Below are positions 51,391 to 64,000 of a stretch of DNA of 64,000 nt, piece by piece. Position numbers and translations under genes: made by a program. The DNA is taken from positions 63,674,001 through 63,738,000 of the forward strand of contig CM060731.1 in assembly GCA_030704615.1 (NCBI GenBank), in the 5' to 3' direction. The notes beneath the pieces were generated by a model that made no database searches, was not told the DNA's origin, and was given only the letters and a program-made list of their open reading frames with translations. This DNA comes from Takakia lepidozioides (lineage: Eukaryota; Plantae; Bryophyta). How positions within the stretch are numbered: position 1 is the first letter of the stretch; the number at the start of each line of letters is the position of its first letter.

Positions 51391-52053
51391 AGCCTACTGG
51401 GGTTACACAATCCATAGGATCAGTGACAGGTGGACGTGGGTTAACATCCGGAGAGTGGCCGACGGAAAATTGGACAGAGGCACGGTTAAAAATAGACACG
51501 TGGATGCCTGGGCGAGACACACAGCCGGACATGGATTGCAAAGGCAAGTGTCATCAAGGAAGAAGACAAAATTGGCCGTCAAAGTACCTACCCGGCACAT
51601 TAACTTATTATGGGCCCATTAATGAATACGGGGAAAGGGTAACGGAAACCTTTAAAAATACCGAAAAGCGAAATCCATGTCACATCTGCTATCCTAGTGG
51701 ACAGTCCAAAGTGGAAAATCCATGGAAGGAAATTAAATCTAAAATCCAGTCACAGCAGTTACAGCCAATCATAAGCCAGAAGCAGGATCAAGAAATTGGA
51801 GGGATTTTAAGCGCAAGAGTCGGCATCGTTCCAAGTAACGGGCGTCTCGACGGGACAGACCATCAATGCTATAGCTTCGAAGCTATGGAGGAACTAACAG
51901 ACTATACGCTCGCGATACTACTTACGCAATGGCACGGGGATAGAAGAACAGAGAGTATCTTTTCTCTTAATCGATGCTTGCAAGCCCCGCAGGCTTACAA
52001 GAAATTACCCATAGCATTTTGTGGCAACCATACGTTTATGTTTTGTGCCATGC

Positions 52054-55000
52054 AGGCATTTCTTCAATTGTTACAGCCAAAACCTTTCTGTGGGTCTAGA
52101 ATGAAGAGAGTGAGAGGAATGGAAGAAATTAGGGTGAAGAGCACCACAATCCTGCAGAAACAAACGATTGCTACTCCACAGGCAGTACAGTTACTGAAGG
52201 AGCTGCGATTAGAAGGATTGCAAAGCAAAGATTGGACATTGCACCATAGGCAGTACATGTTACAATTCTTGCAGAACTTTGAGCCTAGGACAGGAGCATC
52301 AACGGTGAAGGGAGTTGAATTAGAAATTACTCCCCTATACCTACAGCAATTGTTTGAATTGCCATCAGGTCAGGTGCATGTGGAGGAGCACAGGGCAAGA
52401 CTACAAATAGGGGACTTATTCCAAGAAGAGAGTTTCTTTAAAACTCAGGGTTATGCTTGTACCAAGGCCGTGTACCCAGGGCTAGGGGAGGTAGGCCAGG
52501 TATTGAACGTTCTGTTTGCCATGAAACAGAACCAACAGTATTTGAGCAGATCCTTCACAGATGAAATACTCAAAGCCCTGAGAGGAGAAGAAGTAGCATG
52601 GGCGGACATAATGTACAACGCACTGGTAGAGGAGATGAAGAGATTACAAGGCACTGCCGTAAAGTCTCCTATCATAGTGTCTGGGCCAATCATTGCACAA
52701 ATTATTCTAGACTCGTGCATACTTGATGCTCGAGAAAGAAAGGAGATGAGAGTGTTTGAGGCCGAAACCACTGCAATGGAAGAGCAAGGCTCTTCACACA
52801 GTGAGGGTGGACTGGCAGGGCAACCCTAGTCTAAGAGACAGAGGCGGGGAAAGACTGTAGTGGCGGATCCACTGGCTTCACGGAAACCGCATGATAATGT
52901 TTCCCAAGCTCTTGTGCAGGAAGGGGCACAGCAGCACAGAGAGCTGCTATTATTGGAAGCAGGGCCTTCAGAGAGGGAAGAGGAAGTTACTTCAGTATCA
53001 CAACCATCACAGCTAGATGATCGGCTTGTCACGGAGTTACCACAAGTTGTCCATGCAGTTCCACCACAAATAATTGATTTGGAGAAAGAAGGGTTAGATA
53101 TCCCCATTACAGAACAGGTGGTGGCAGAAATTGAGAAGGGGGACCTTCTTTATGAAAATTCTGGCTTGGTCAGGGAAACAATGATTCCGGAGGTATAGCG
53201 GTTGTCCAGGGGAAACCCTGCTATTGTTGTAATACCCACATCTCTGACGGAGGTACCACAGGTAGAATGTCAAGACACTGCAGCACCTGTAGCGGATGAG
53301 GTGGTTCAGGAGGAAAATCTGGTGGGGCAATGGCCTGAATGGTTCGTGAGGCATCACACTGTTGAGGATCAGGGAGAACAGCGGCAAGCTCACCATAATG
53401 ACCCTCAACATGCCTTGCTTATGAGTTCCATAAGCAGGACACTTAATTTGTTGGGCACTTATGTCAAATCCCATGTTCCAACTACCCAATTGGCAGCTTT
53501 GAGGGAGGAACTCAGGAAGGAGTTTGAGGCTCGACTTGCCACTGAGTGTGCAAACAAGGTTGATGAGGAGGTCACTCTCAAGATACAGCACGACTTAGAG
53601 AGTACAAAAGCTGCTTTGCAATTGGCCAATGAACAATTGATTGAGGCAGGCCTCGCGCAAGACCAGTTGCACGAAGCACATAAGCAACATCTATACCAAA
53701 TGCAGGTGAAGCATGAAAGCAAGTTGCAAGAAGTGAATGCACTACATACGGAGTTGCAGACAGTGCATGACAATATGGCCATACAATGTGCTACACTAAC
53801 AACTACGCTTGAGCAAACTACATTAGAAGTTAACAACCAAGCGGAAAGATGTATGAAGGCACAGGCTGATAATCTCGAGCAGACGAAACTCATTATTGAT
53901 ATGAAGAATACAATCTGTCGCAACGAGAATACTTTCAAGCAATACAGGCAGGTTGAAGCTGACCAAGAGAGGTACATCCTGGAATTGCAACAAACGCTCA
54001 TGTCCAATAGAAATGAACTCTCTGTGGCTAACAAGGCTTGGAAGAAAGCCAATAATCTGGCCGCTGCATATGCGAGTTTGGTTGAACCTCATGCGAAACG
54101 CATGGAGGCTTTACAGCAGCAGATAGATGTGTACAGGCTCACAAAAGAGTAGACTCTAAGGGGTGCCACAAGCAACTTGGTGGATAACCACCTTATGCAG
54201 GTCTGGTTAGCACAAAGGCCGGTGGAGGGCAAAGCACCACGAAAGCTCACCCAAAGCGAGATGAATGAGCTCAAACTGCAAGTGTAGAACATTGCCACAA
54301 CTACTGTAGACAATGTCTATAGTAGGATAGCGGAGCTACAAGAGGATGTAGACGGCCTGCAGACTCAGGTGGAGGACCTGACATCAAATATTGACAAGAG
54401 AGTCTTTGTACCTGAGGAGCAGCTGATGGCTTTTTATTTACAAGCCAGAACTTTGGCTTTTCAGTCTTCTTCGCAGGGGGTGCAGGAGATGCCAGTGGTA
54501 CAAGAGCCAGTGCCACCAACACCACAACAAGTCACTGTGACAGTAGCTGACCCTGTTGTTACTACAGCCACACCACAGCCACCACAGCCACCACAGCCTG
54601 AGGTATGGGGGGATGCTGCTTTTAACCCACCTAAAACTCATGCTGCACGGGAGTACAGTCGGGCTATGATTATGCCCTTCAACCAAATTCCCATTGTGTT
54701 GGATTTGGCTTGGAAGGAATTTAGTCCTCCACAGTCGTTGGCACATTACTACCAGATCATGCGCATTTGGCTGCCAGTGGCAACCAGGACTAAGGTTCTT
54801 CCGAACAATCGACCCATTGAGGATCATCACTTTGCGAGGTACTGACATGAGGCAAGTACCATGTTGAAGGAATTAATTGCCTTCCAAGTTGTACATGGGT
54901 ACATTTATACCAAGACCAAAGAGGTAGCAAGTATTGTCATGGGCTGCGGGTTATACTATGCTGCTTGTTTTCTGGCACGTTATCACATTGAACAGCAGAA

Positions 55001-55514
55001 GATGCAATCGCGCTTTCTGAGTTATTCCAGTGGGGATCATTGGGTATTACCTTCAGTGCCACCTCATATGTACCTCTATGATGCAAAGGTGATGATGCAA
55101 AAGGACTCCCAACTTCGTTCATGGTTTCATGCGATCTGGAACAATTTGACAACACAGAAATTTGGGCCTAACGATATTTTCTTTAAGGGCCATGAGGCAT
55201 GGAAAAACTTGCACAATTCACAAGTCATTGGTACACCACTCACCTAGACAGACAAGGAGTTCAGGGTCTTCACCAATTTTGCAATTCAGCGCTTACAACA
55301 AGTTTTACAGTTTAAACTTCCAGACATGGTGGGACCGCATTGTATGCCCCAGAGGATTTCACAAAAAGTTCGGCCGTTAAAACACCTAAGAGGCGATGAG
55401 GATTCTGATACTACTGATTCTTCAGCGAACTCTTTTGACATGGCAGAGGACTATGCAATTCAAATGGCAGAGAAGAAGCGACGGGGGTCTCCTATGCCTG
55501 AAAGATTATCTTGA
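52054..55514 (+). pseudogene. Extra sense ORF region of the gypsy element (globular domain, acidic linker, coiled coil, C-terminal domain), broken by stops
   Basis: Consecutive ORFs 52054-52829, 52860-53198, 53202-54152, 54369-54845 and 54861-55247, separated by stops and short gaps. Confidence 0.65.
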
Positions 55515-55705
55515 TATCAGCCAAAGGAGGGACTGACATTTCCAGGTAGTGTTCAATCATCTCCGTCAACCAGTGACAGACCTCGGGCTCGCACACAGAG
55601 TCCTTCACGAGACTCTAACCATCAGAAGGGTGCTCGCTCAAAAAGGTTTCCAAATCCCAAACAGTAAACCGTGAGGACACGGCTTTTTGAGAGGGGAAGA
55701 GGTAA

Positions 55706-56983
55706 TGTTAGAGGACTGTTTGGGACTTAGACGCTTTTACGGGATCTGTGGGGTACCCTTAATTTTTTACACAGACTGAGACCAACAGGAGCCTTAGGGG
55801 TGACAGCAACAGGCTTTAAGGGAGGAGATACACAGCCCAACACAGTCCATCACAGCCCGACAACACAGCCAGTCACAGTCAACACAGCCCGTCACAGTCC
55901 AACACAGCCCGTCACAGTCCAACACAGCTAGTCACAGTCCAACACAGCCAGTCATAGTCAACACAGCCCATCACAGCCCGACACAGCCCAACACAGTTGC
56001 ACAACCAGTCACAGCCCGACACAGCCCAACACAGTCGCACAGCCAGTCATAGCCCGACACAGTCGCATAGCCAGTCACAGCTCGACACAGCCCGACACAG
56101 CCCGACACAGCCCAACACAGTCGCACAGCCCGACACAGCCCGACACAGTCGCATAGTCAGTCACAGCTCGACACAGCCCGACACAGCCCGACACGGCCCA
56201 ACACAGTCGCACAGCCAGTTACAGCTCGACACAGCCCGACACAGCCCAACACAGTCCCACAGCCAGTCACAGCCCGTCACAGTTTCACACAGCCAGTCAC
56301 AGCTTGACACAGCTGTCACGACCATAGGGAACGGATAGCAGGACAGGGAACGACTGTGGGGAACAACATCTGCGAATGGAACATGTTAGTTCACGGATGA
56401 CGGTTAGTGAGGGAAACGGTTAGAACAACGGGTAGGAAGATAAAGCCAGGAGCGAGGACTGGAAAATGATCACTTCTTGGGGATGACTACTTCTGGGGGG
56501 GGGGCTTCTGGCATTACTGGGGGGAAATGAAGCGGAGAACGCATCTCTGAGTAGGAAGAGGGAGAGCACGGAGTAGGAAGAGAACGATCTGTTGAAGCTT
56601 GACGAATGCAAGCGGTAGAGTTGTAATGTAGAGCAGATTAGAGACTCCATGGCTTCAGCCTGATACTTGATAGATATTAATCTGATACATACTTCATACT
56701 CACACTGTGTAGAGAGATCTGAGTGAAGCTGTAGAATGAATGGATGAGTTGATGGAATCCGATAGATTGCTGAAGCAATCTGATACTTAAATACCAACAG
56801 TAAGGTAACTAGCTAACATGAATACGGGAAGGAATACAAATAGGAAACACCCCCATGATACACTAGCTGTAGGTCATGACTGATTGTTCTGAGCGGGCTG
56901 AGTGCTTAGAGATTTCCAACTCTTCTATCTTGGAGTTCCCACTTCGGATAGCGAAGGGATGGGTGAGTAAAAGCCGCTCGACA
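55706..56983 (+). repeat. Gypsy 3' LTR (~1.28 kb) with ACAGC(C)-based array at ~55830-56320
   Basis: TGTTAGAG after the PPT; ends CTCGACA exactly where CACTA coding resumes. Confidence 0.85.
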
Positions 56984-59310
56984 CTAAGCACCAAAGGGTA
57001 CCATGCATGCTTGCATTGTGGCGATGATCTTGATGCACATAGCTCCCGCCCTCTTCACAAGATGGTGTATCCCAACTACCGCAAATTTCTTCCTATGAGC
57101 CATCGATGGAGAAGAAGAGAGAAACACTTGTTTGATGGCAAAAAGGAAGTACGCCCCCCCCCCCCCCTATGACACCGTCCGGCTAGTTTTGGGAGGACCG
57201 ATGGAAGGAGACCCATGCGGGCACGGACGGTGAAGTGGACGTGCCCGGCATGAAACGACTTTCAATCTTCTACGAGTTGCCATATTGGGCGGTACATATT
57301 CCACAAAAACACCGTCAATATCCCTATGCATGCATGTGATATTGCACATTTGGTATGCGTTGCATTGTCACTTTCACGTAAAAAAATTTGTGTAAGTTTT
57401 TGTGGGTGGGGATATATGTAGGACCTGAAGATTCGCCATCTTTTAGATCCCATGCATATTGAGAAGAATGTCTGTTCGTCCTTTTTTTGGGTTCTTCATG
57501 GCACACCGACAAACTTGTGAGTGGCTGCAAAAAGAGATTCTCTCAGTGTTAGAAAGGAGCTTGAGGAGCAAGGTCGCATACGTCATCTATGGGCCGAACA
57601 AAATGGTGTGGACCCAAAGGGTGTTGTACGGTGGAAGTATAGGCGCGCACCTTGGCAATGGACAAAGGAGGAATACAAGAAAGTGATAGTGACCATAAGT
57701 GCTATCCGAACACCAACTGGTTATGGGTCATCCCTCTGTACGAAGGGACATTGACTCCCGAGGTTCGTGAGACAATCTATAGATTGGGAGGCTTGTTCCG
57801 GTGGATTTGCTCCAAAGAGTTGGAAGAAGCAGATTTTCCACGCATGAAGAAGGAGGCGGCAAAGGTAATGTGTATGTTGGAGATGCACCTTCCTCCCTCC
57901 TTCTTTGACATCCAAGTGCACTTGGTAGTGCAATTAGTGGAAGAAGCTTCGATTGCCGGCCCCGTTCTTTCTCGGTGGATGTACTTCCTTGAGCGTTATA
58001 TGAAGACTTTGAAAGGATTTGTAAGACAAATGGCGCACCCGGAGGGTAGCATGGCGGAGGGGTATACGTTGCTAGAAGCTATGTTCTATTGCACGGAGTA
58101 CATGGCAAGGGTGGATGAGGAATCCCCTCGGATGTGGAAGGAAGAGGAGGATGCACGAACCAATGACATCGTTTTGCCTAAAAAATCGAAGAGGGTAAAA
58201 TTGTCGACCTTGGTGATTGAGCAAGCGCATGACTTCATACTGAAGAACACCCCATCCATACATGAGTGGGAGGCAAGATACAATAATCTTGTTTAGCAAC
58301 GAGAGGAGGAGACGCTTGCATGGAGGCGGAACCATCCAAGGCCGGTTACTAGACGCCCACGACGAGGAGCGGGCCGCCGGAATGTTCATTCACAAAATTT
58401 GCCCATGGAATTGCAGCCTCTAAGTTCATTCCAATAGTGGCTTCGGACTTCAGTTTATGACGCCGTTGCTCAAGGAGAGGTGGTTTCAGATTTGGTGCAA
58501 GACATTGCAAGGGACCCATCTCAATTCGCGACCTCATACACGACGGTTTGGATTCACGGTCATCATTTCCGCATTCGTGCTCTTGACATGAAGCGCAAAA
58601 CAACCTTTGATTCTGGCTTGTGTGCCACATATTGGCAAGACTCCGTGTGGGGCAAGGGAGATACACGACCTGCTATGAGCAAACTTGAGTACATTGGAGA
58701 TCTTGAGAGCATACTCCAACTTCAGTATACAAGGTACCGGCCTCTTCTCTTCAAGGGAAGGTGGTTCCAGCCACATCTTGTGGGGCCCTCCGCAACACTA
58801 GTGCAAGATGATTGTGGTTTCATGTGCGTCAATGCAGATAGGCTCAACCCTACTCATCGTCCCTCCGATGAGCTTTTTTCACGGCCTTCAGACATGGAGC
58901 AAGTTTTCTTCTCCGATGACAAAACAAGAGGGGGGAATTGGAAGGTGGTTGTGCATGCTCAGCCAAGAGGAAGACGTATCTATTATGGTCTCGGATCTCC
59001 ATGGGGTGAGGCAATTGCGGTGGACGGAGAGACTGGTCATAATGATGCTGATGATGGAGGTTGGGTAGAGGGGGTAGAAGAGGATGATGACGCCCCGGAC
59101 AATGCATCCGGGACCCTATATAATGAAGCTCTAGAAGATACGGATGTTGGAGAAGGAGACGAAGACACGGCCATTGACAACGAGGTGGAGGATGATTCGG
59201 ATGTGTCTTTTGAGAGCCGGGCCATTTATGACGATGACTCCGATGACAAAGAAGACTTGCAGCTTGATGAGGATGAAGAGGCCCCGGATGGTGATGTTCA
59301 AGTTGACTAA
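56984..59310 (+). pseudogene. CACTA transposase piece 4 (Transposase_21 end, DUF4218- and DUF4216-like, acidic tail), with internal deletion
   Basis: LSTKGYHACLHC..YRKFLPMSHRWR; LEMHLPPSFFDIQVHLVVQL..GPVLSRWMYFLERYMKTLKGFVRQMAHPEGSMAEGY; YIGDLESILQLQY..LFKGRW..EQVFFSDD..WKVV. Confidence 0.93.
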
Positions 59311-59479
59311 ACACAAAATCAAAGCTACATAACAATTCTCGCACCAAACTGGACCCATCCTTTCGATTGATTGTACATGTACATGTATATTGTACTTTAT
59401 TTCTATGATTCATCAAATATGGTTGTGGCTGGTAGTCTTTCAAGAAAGAAGGCAGAGGCAATGAATATGTTGGAGCAAG

Positions 59480-59818
59480 ACAGTTAATTAACCGTCTGCC
59501 ATTAGAGTTCAGCTTGTCCTCACCAAAAGGCCCAATGATATTATCTTGATGGAGACCTTTGCCCACCTGGGCATTGAAGTCACCCAATAAAACCACCTGA
59601 CGTTTGGCAAGGAATGAAGCACAGTCCAGCTTTACATCTTCGAAGGCTTTGTCTGCGTCAGCACTAAGGGTCCCCTCTGTGGGCATGTAAACACAACCCA
59701 CAAAGAGGTCCTTCGTACTCACGCCGCCCTTCAGTTTCAGTTTTATCCAGATACTATGCTCATACCTCAAACCCTTGTTGGTAATTTCACAATTGTCAAA
59801 CAAGAAATCACGGACAAA
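59480..59818 (-). mobile_element. LINE AP-endonuclease fragment
   Basis: SIWIKL..LFVGCVYMP..VVLLGDFNAQVG..NSNGRRL. Confidence 0.85.
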
Positions 59819-60221
59819 GAGAGAGAGAGAGATTGTACTCATAAGATGTTGTTTGCCGTAGCCTTGTGGCCATTGACCCCGCGCCCAGTTTGAGCGGGAA
59901 CAAAAGGAATAGAACCTACCTCTGTCAGGGGCTGACGTTGGTAGTAAGACTTACCTTCATATAAAGAATTAATCTGGCTTTTGGCTCAGCCTCGAGACTT
60001 TCAAAGTTGGTAAACAGGGGTACAGGCACAATTCCCTTGATAGAGTTGAAGAGAGCGTCTCTTTGGTGAGAGAACCCCGGACAATGTATCAGAAAATGAA
60101 TACTGTCTTCAGATTGCCCACACAACGGGCAATTGCACTCTCCCTTTCCTCTCTACTTCTGTTTGCTGTTCAAAGGTAGGCTTCCTGCCCTGAGTTTAAA
60201 TTTCAGTCTAGTGCCATCGTA
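59819..60221 (-). mobile_element. 5'-truncated LINE 3' end (RTEX-like) with (TC)n tail
   Basis: DGTRLKFKLRAGSLPL..CPLCG..EDSIHFLIHC, terminal RGVNGHKATA-type motif, then TCTCTCTCTC. Confidence 0.75.
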
Positions 60222-61260
60222 GGTCCTCCAAGAGAAAATGCCACATCTCTTCAATATGCCTCCATGCTTGTGAATCTTGTGGCCCGCACACCTTTCCCGG
60301 GGGGCTCCGATGCGAGGCGTGCCATCTCATGAGTCTACCCAATTCGGGGCTTCGGTATTGTGCCCTCAATCGCGGGATAATCGAAAAGTAATGCATTTTC
60401 TAGGATGAAATACCCCACGCCCCCCACATGTAATCACCCATTAGCACACATAATACAACACCCTTATGCCTTTCCCTTTATGCAGCCTCTCCCTCATTTG
60501 GGTGTTAATGGTCAAAACCAAACGTCGCTCCTTCCACTCCTCACTCACTCCTTCCAAAACCACAATCAGATCTTGCATGAGTACTACTCTCTAATAATCT
60601 CCATGCGAGGAGGAATGGTGCTTATACCTTGCGTGGTACTTTTTTCCCTTGGACATCATCCCGATATCGGTCTTTCTTGCACTTTGGGCACTTGGTGAGA
60701 TGCGAATCCTCTCCGTAGTATAGGGTTTTATCACATGGACATGCATGAAAAATCTTATAGCCCATCCCCACAGAGTCCAAGACTTTGCGCGCCTCTTTCC
60801 GCGACCGTGGCATCTTGGGTTTTCAAGTGTGGAGCAAGGATATAGTCTGCAATAGTTCGCATTATGGCAGACATCCCAACATTACTTATGCCAAATCGAA
60901 TTTGAAGATTGAGCAAAAGTAAGATTGTTGAAAGTCGACTCACTTTCGCCCCTTCGTACAAGGGAGTTCTTGCCTCCCTCTCCATGTCATTTGAGGGGGC
61001 CATTTCAGGATCATCGATTGGCCGGGTTCTTTCTTCATGGGATGCATCAGCGCCCACATGATGCATTAAGAGATCCTCCATGGCTTGCACATCCTCCTGG
61101 TTAATTTCATGCTCATTGTTGTTGTCACTCTCACTATCACTGTCATCGTCATCATGGTCCGGTACCGTGGGGACGGCGTCTTGCCCACGGCTCCCGCCTG
61201 ATGTACTTGGGTTGTTTTCGGATGGGGTGCCAAGAGAAAGGGATGGACAACGTCCTGATA
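60222..61260 (-). pseudogene. CACTA transposase piece 1 (N-terminal half), frameshifted; intron ~60627-60400
   Basis: EARTPLYEGAKVSRL; GMGYKIFHACPCDKTLY..CPKC..RY; HYFSIIPRL..LMRWH..DSQAWRH..FLLED. Confidence 0.92.
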
Positions 61261-61299
61261 CGAACAAATGAACATAGGGACATATATTATAATGTGTCC

Positions 61300-61580
61300 T
61301 TGCAAACATTGCGAGTGTGTTGGACATACCTTGTCAGAGGTACGTGTGGAGTATCACGTCAATCGAAATTGATTCAAAGGGTGAACCCATCGTTCGATGT
61401 TCAAATGATTTTTGATTGCTTTCAATCTTTGCGAGTGTGTTGGACATACCTTGTCACATGTTCCTCTCAAGTATGAAGTCAATCAAAATTGATTGAAAGG
61501 GTGAACCCATCGTTCGATGTTGAAATGATTTTTGATTGCTTTCAAACATTGCGAGTGTGTTGGACATACCTTGTCACATG
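61300..61580. repeat. 120-bp tandem repeat, ~2.3 copies
   Basis: TTGCGAGTGTGTTGGACATACCTTGTCA at ~61309, 61429 and 61549. Confidence 0.9.
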
Positions 61581-62534
61581 AGAGGAGCATACACCATACA
61601 CTTCATTATAAGTGAAATGCAAACAACAACCTTCAATGTGTGTGTGCATCAAATATGTCATTCAATAATTACATGTATGTGCGCAACGTACACGCATGCA
61701 AAGTTTCAAACCCAAACAAAATCATTTGCCCCCCCAATGACGCATTCACCCTATCAACCAATTTTTATTTATTAATGTGAAAGAAAATCCTCTCATGCCA
61801 TTGCACCCAACAAACGGATGTGGCTCAAGCTTCATTTTTTCCTACATGTGCTTAAATATGTGTACAACACCTGTACAGATCCAGCAGGGCAAAAAAAAAA
61901 AATTGCCTCCCCAAAGACGCACTCACCCTTGCACCAATTTTGAATTAAATCGAATTTAAATGAATTTAAAATAAATGTTTGCATTTAGAAAATATATAAT
62001 TGCGGTTTTGAGGGGCGTAATGATTTTATTTTTAGCTCTATTTTGTTCTGTGACATCAAGCTTTGCACCACTACATCAATGCAAAAAATGGGACAAAAAA
62101 AAAATGGAAAAAAAATAAGTGTGTTTCTAGGGTCACTTTTACAGAACTCTCTATGAAGAGCGCATGAAGTTGAAGATAACTCAACTTTGGAATGCAAATG
62201 AGAGAACAAAATCTGGTTATGGGTCCAAATGACTTTTGTTTACTCCCAAATTTTTCACGCACATTGCATATGCTATCATTAAGCATATGGCTTGAAAATG
62301 GAATAAAAAAAAAAATCATCTGCAGGCGAAACACAATTTTCCGTCTCTATGACACGTAGTTGCGTTCAACACCATAATGACCCATTGAATCAACTTGGTT
62401 CAAGCTCATATTTGGTTCACATGTGCATAAGTATGTTTAGATCACATATGCAAAGTTGCAACCCACACGAGCAACAAGAAAAAATTAACATCAATCGATT
62501 AATCGGATGTATACAAAGTACATCATGAGAATAT

Positions 62535-63739
62535 CTACAATGCCCATCTACGCGATCCCTGTCTCAAAGGAACCCTATTTCTATCATACACATCCCACTC
62601 ACACTGTAATCGGAGGTCCCAATCATCTCGGGAGAACTCGTATGATGCAAATAGTTCGCTGCCAGCCCTAATAGTCCTACTAGCACATGTAATCACAAAC
62701 ATGTGCATCCCCTCACAGTATACTGACGTATGACCACAAAAGCTCTCATGCCCATCGCTTCGCTCGTCCCATACTACATTGGTTCTCCTAGGATGACCAA
62801 AAGAACTATTGACCAGCCCAGCAACATTGCCGAAGATGTCGGGGACACCATCACAAAATATGATCTCAATGGGAGACAACCCCCGTCTACGTACATCCTG
62901 TCCGTTGACACACAAAATGTAGGGTAGGATGTATGGGGCTTCGAGGCGGTACGGAACTCCGCGGAGGTGTAGTATGGACCGTAGTAGGGAAACAAGTCCA
63001 CCATGTTGTTTCTCCGAGGAGGAACCACAATATCATTGACCGTGAATAAACCCCGACCCATAGCAAGGTCTGTAGCGGCTCTCACAACATACCGTCTCTC
63101 CCAATACTCGAACTCCACATTTTCTTGGATGGGGGTGGGAGGGTCGAGATGATTCCCCCAACAACGAGGCTGGACGGTCCTTAGTAACATAGTCCTATGT
63201 GCTTCCCATCGGGGGTGAGGATCCGGCTCAGGCCGCCCAAGCCGAAGGGGAGGAAACCTAGGGCGAAGCCGACCCCTCCTACAGGTTCGGGGGGCACATG
63301 CACGTGGAGGTGGAGGTGGAGGTGGTACTGCTGGCGGAGGAGATGAAAGTGGAGGTGGTTGAGGATGTAATGTCGGAGGTGCAGCCGGGGGTACAACGTC
63401 CGGATCAGGTACAACCGGAGGTGGATCAGGCAAAGAAACAGACGGGAGGGGGGGGAGGCCACAATAAGGGGGACCGCCTGAGGAAACTGGAGGTGGTGGT
63501 GGGGGGGGGGGGGGGGGTGGGCCTGCTCGTCGCCGGCCATAACGCCTACGACACCTATGATACCCCTCGACCCTACACATCTCATCTACGTGCTGCTGGG
63601 GGAACCAACTGGTCACATCGGGCACATGCTCTAGCACAAATTCTGCAAGTAGACCGGCGCGAAATGCCTCATGTGCAATGTGATTGCGAGCTTGGGCATC
63701 AAGTCGTGGCTGCAATGTGCGTAGTGAATGACGCATCAA
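62535..63739 (-). pseudogene. Proline-rich protein with C-terminal SET domain; one frameshift at ~62940
   Basis: MGRGLFT..FPYYGP..YIL..FCDG..GNVAGLVNSS..TN..CASRTIRAGSELFASY matches SET motifs GxGLF, YxG, (RF)xNHS and GxELxxxY. Confidence 0.75.
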
Positions 63740-64000
63740 TACTTATGTCGTAATTTTGATTCATGTATGCTTACCAATCATACTATATTATTAGATAAAC
63801 CTAAATGTACCTTGAATGAATGTTAATGAGAGGGGTGGGAAAAACACTCACCTTTGTTCTTGTAATGGTTTTCGACAACATGCGATCGCCGCCTCGGTGG
63901 TCTGGTGCCGCCCGGCGGTATCCGTTCCCAACATTAATGCACCAACACTCAATCCTGTTGGGGGGGGGGGGGTCAAAGGTGGACGTGGTTGGACGGGGCA

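Larger units (their letters stand above)
48146..56983 (+). mobile_element. Ty3/gypsy LTR retrotransposon, 5'-deleted (RT-RH-IN, extra 3' ORFs, PPT, 3' LTR)
   Basis: RT FMDGFSGYNQ..FLDD, RNase H CDA..NYSTTE, integrase HHCC and GLDFVGP..SDQG..GQAE, GPY motif. PPT GAGAGGGGAAGAGG. Scattered stops. Confidence 0.95.

Noticed and set aside
55997-56338. 113-aa ORF in the gypsy LTR
   Set aside because: Translation of the ACAGC repeat array.
58850-59842. 330-aa ORF as one gene
   Set aside because: Chimera of a LINE endonuclease fragment and antisense CACTA sequence.

Overview
Eukaryotic, repeat-dense plant DNA; the spliced genes and TE families suggest a non-seed land plant, but that is inference. 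There is one intact-looking host gene: a 969-aa LRR-malectin non-RD receptor kinase with a single intron (7905-11137). The rest is mostly nested mobile DNA. (1) A degenerate Ty1/copia element inserted into a tandem TRIM (1-4738). (2) LINE relics, including a Dualen/RandI-like RT. (3) A CACTA/EnSpm transposase broken into a minus-strand 5' half (60222-61260) and a plus-strand 3' half (32068-59310); an upstream SET-domain gene is probable cargo. (4) Nested in that transposase, a complete 15.6-kb MULE (32212-47775; 9-bp TSD, GTAACCC-array TIRs, SWIM transposase, zinc-finger/Ulp1 gene) and a 5'-deleted Ty3/gypsy element with extra 3' ORFs. The strongest candidate for an undescribed system is an unclassified ~10-kb element (~22.3-32.07 kb). 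It combines a ParB/Srx-like protein, three FCP1/SCP-like CTD-phosphatase domains, an ORF with RNA Pol II CTD-like heptads, seven copies of a 26-bp palindrome, and a subterminal palindrome array. All family calls come from motif recognition by eye; no database search was run.
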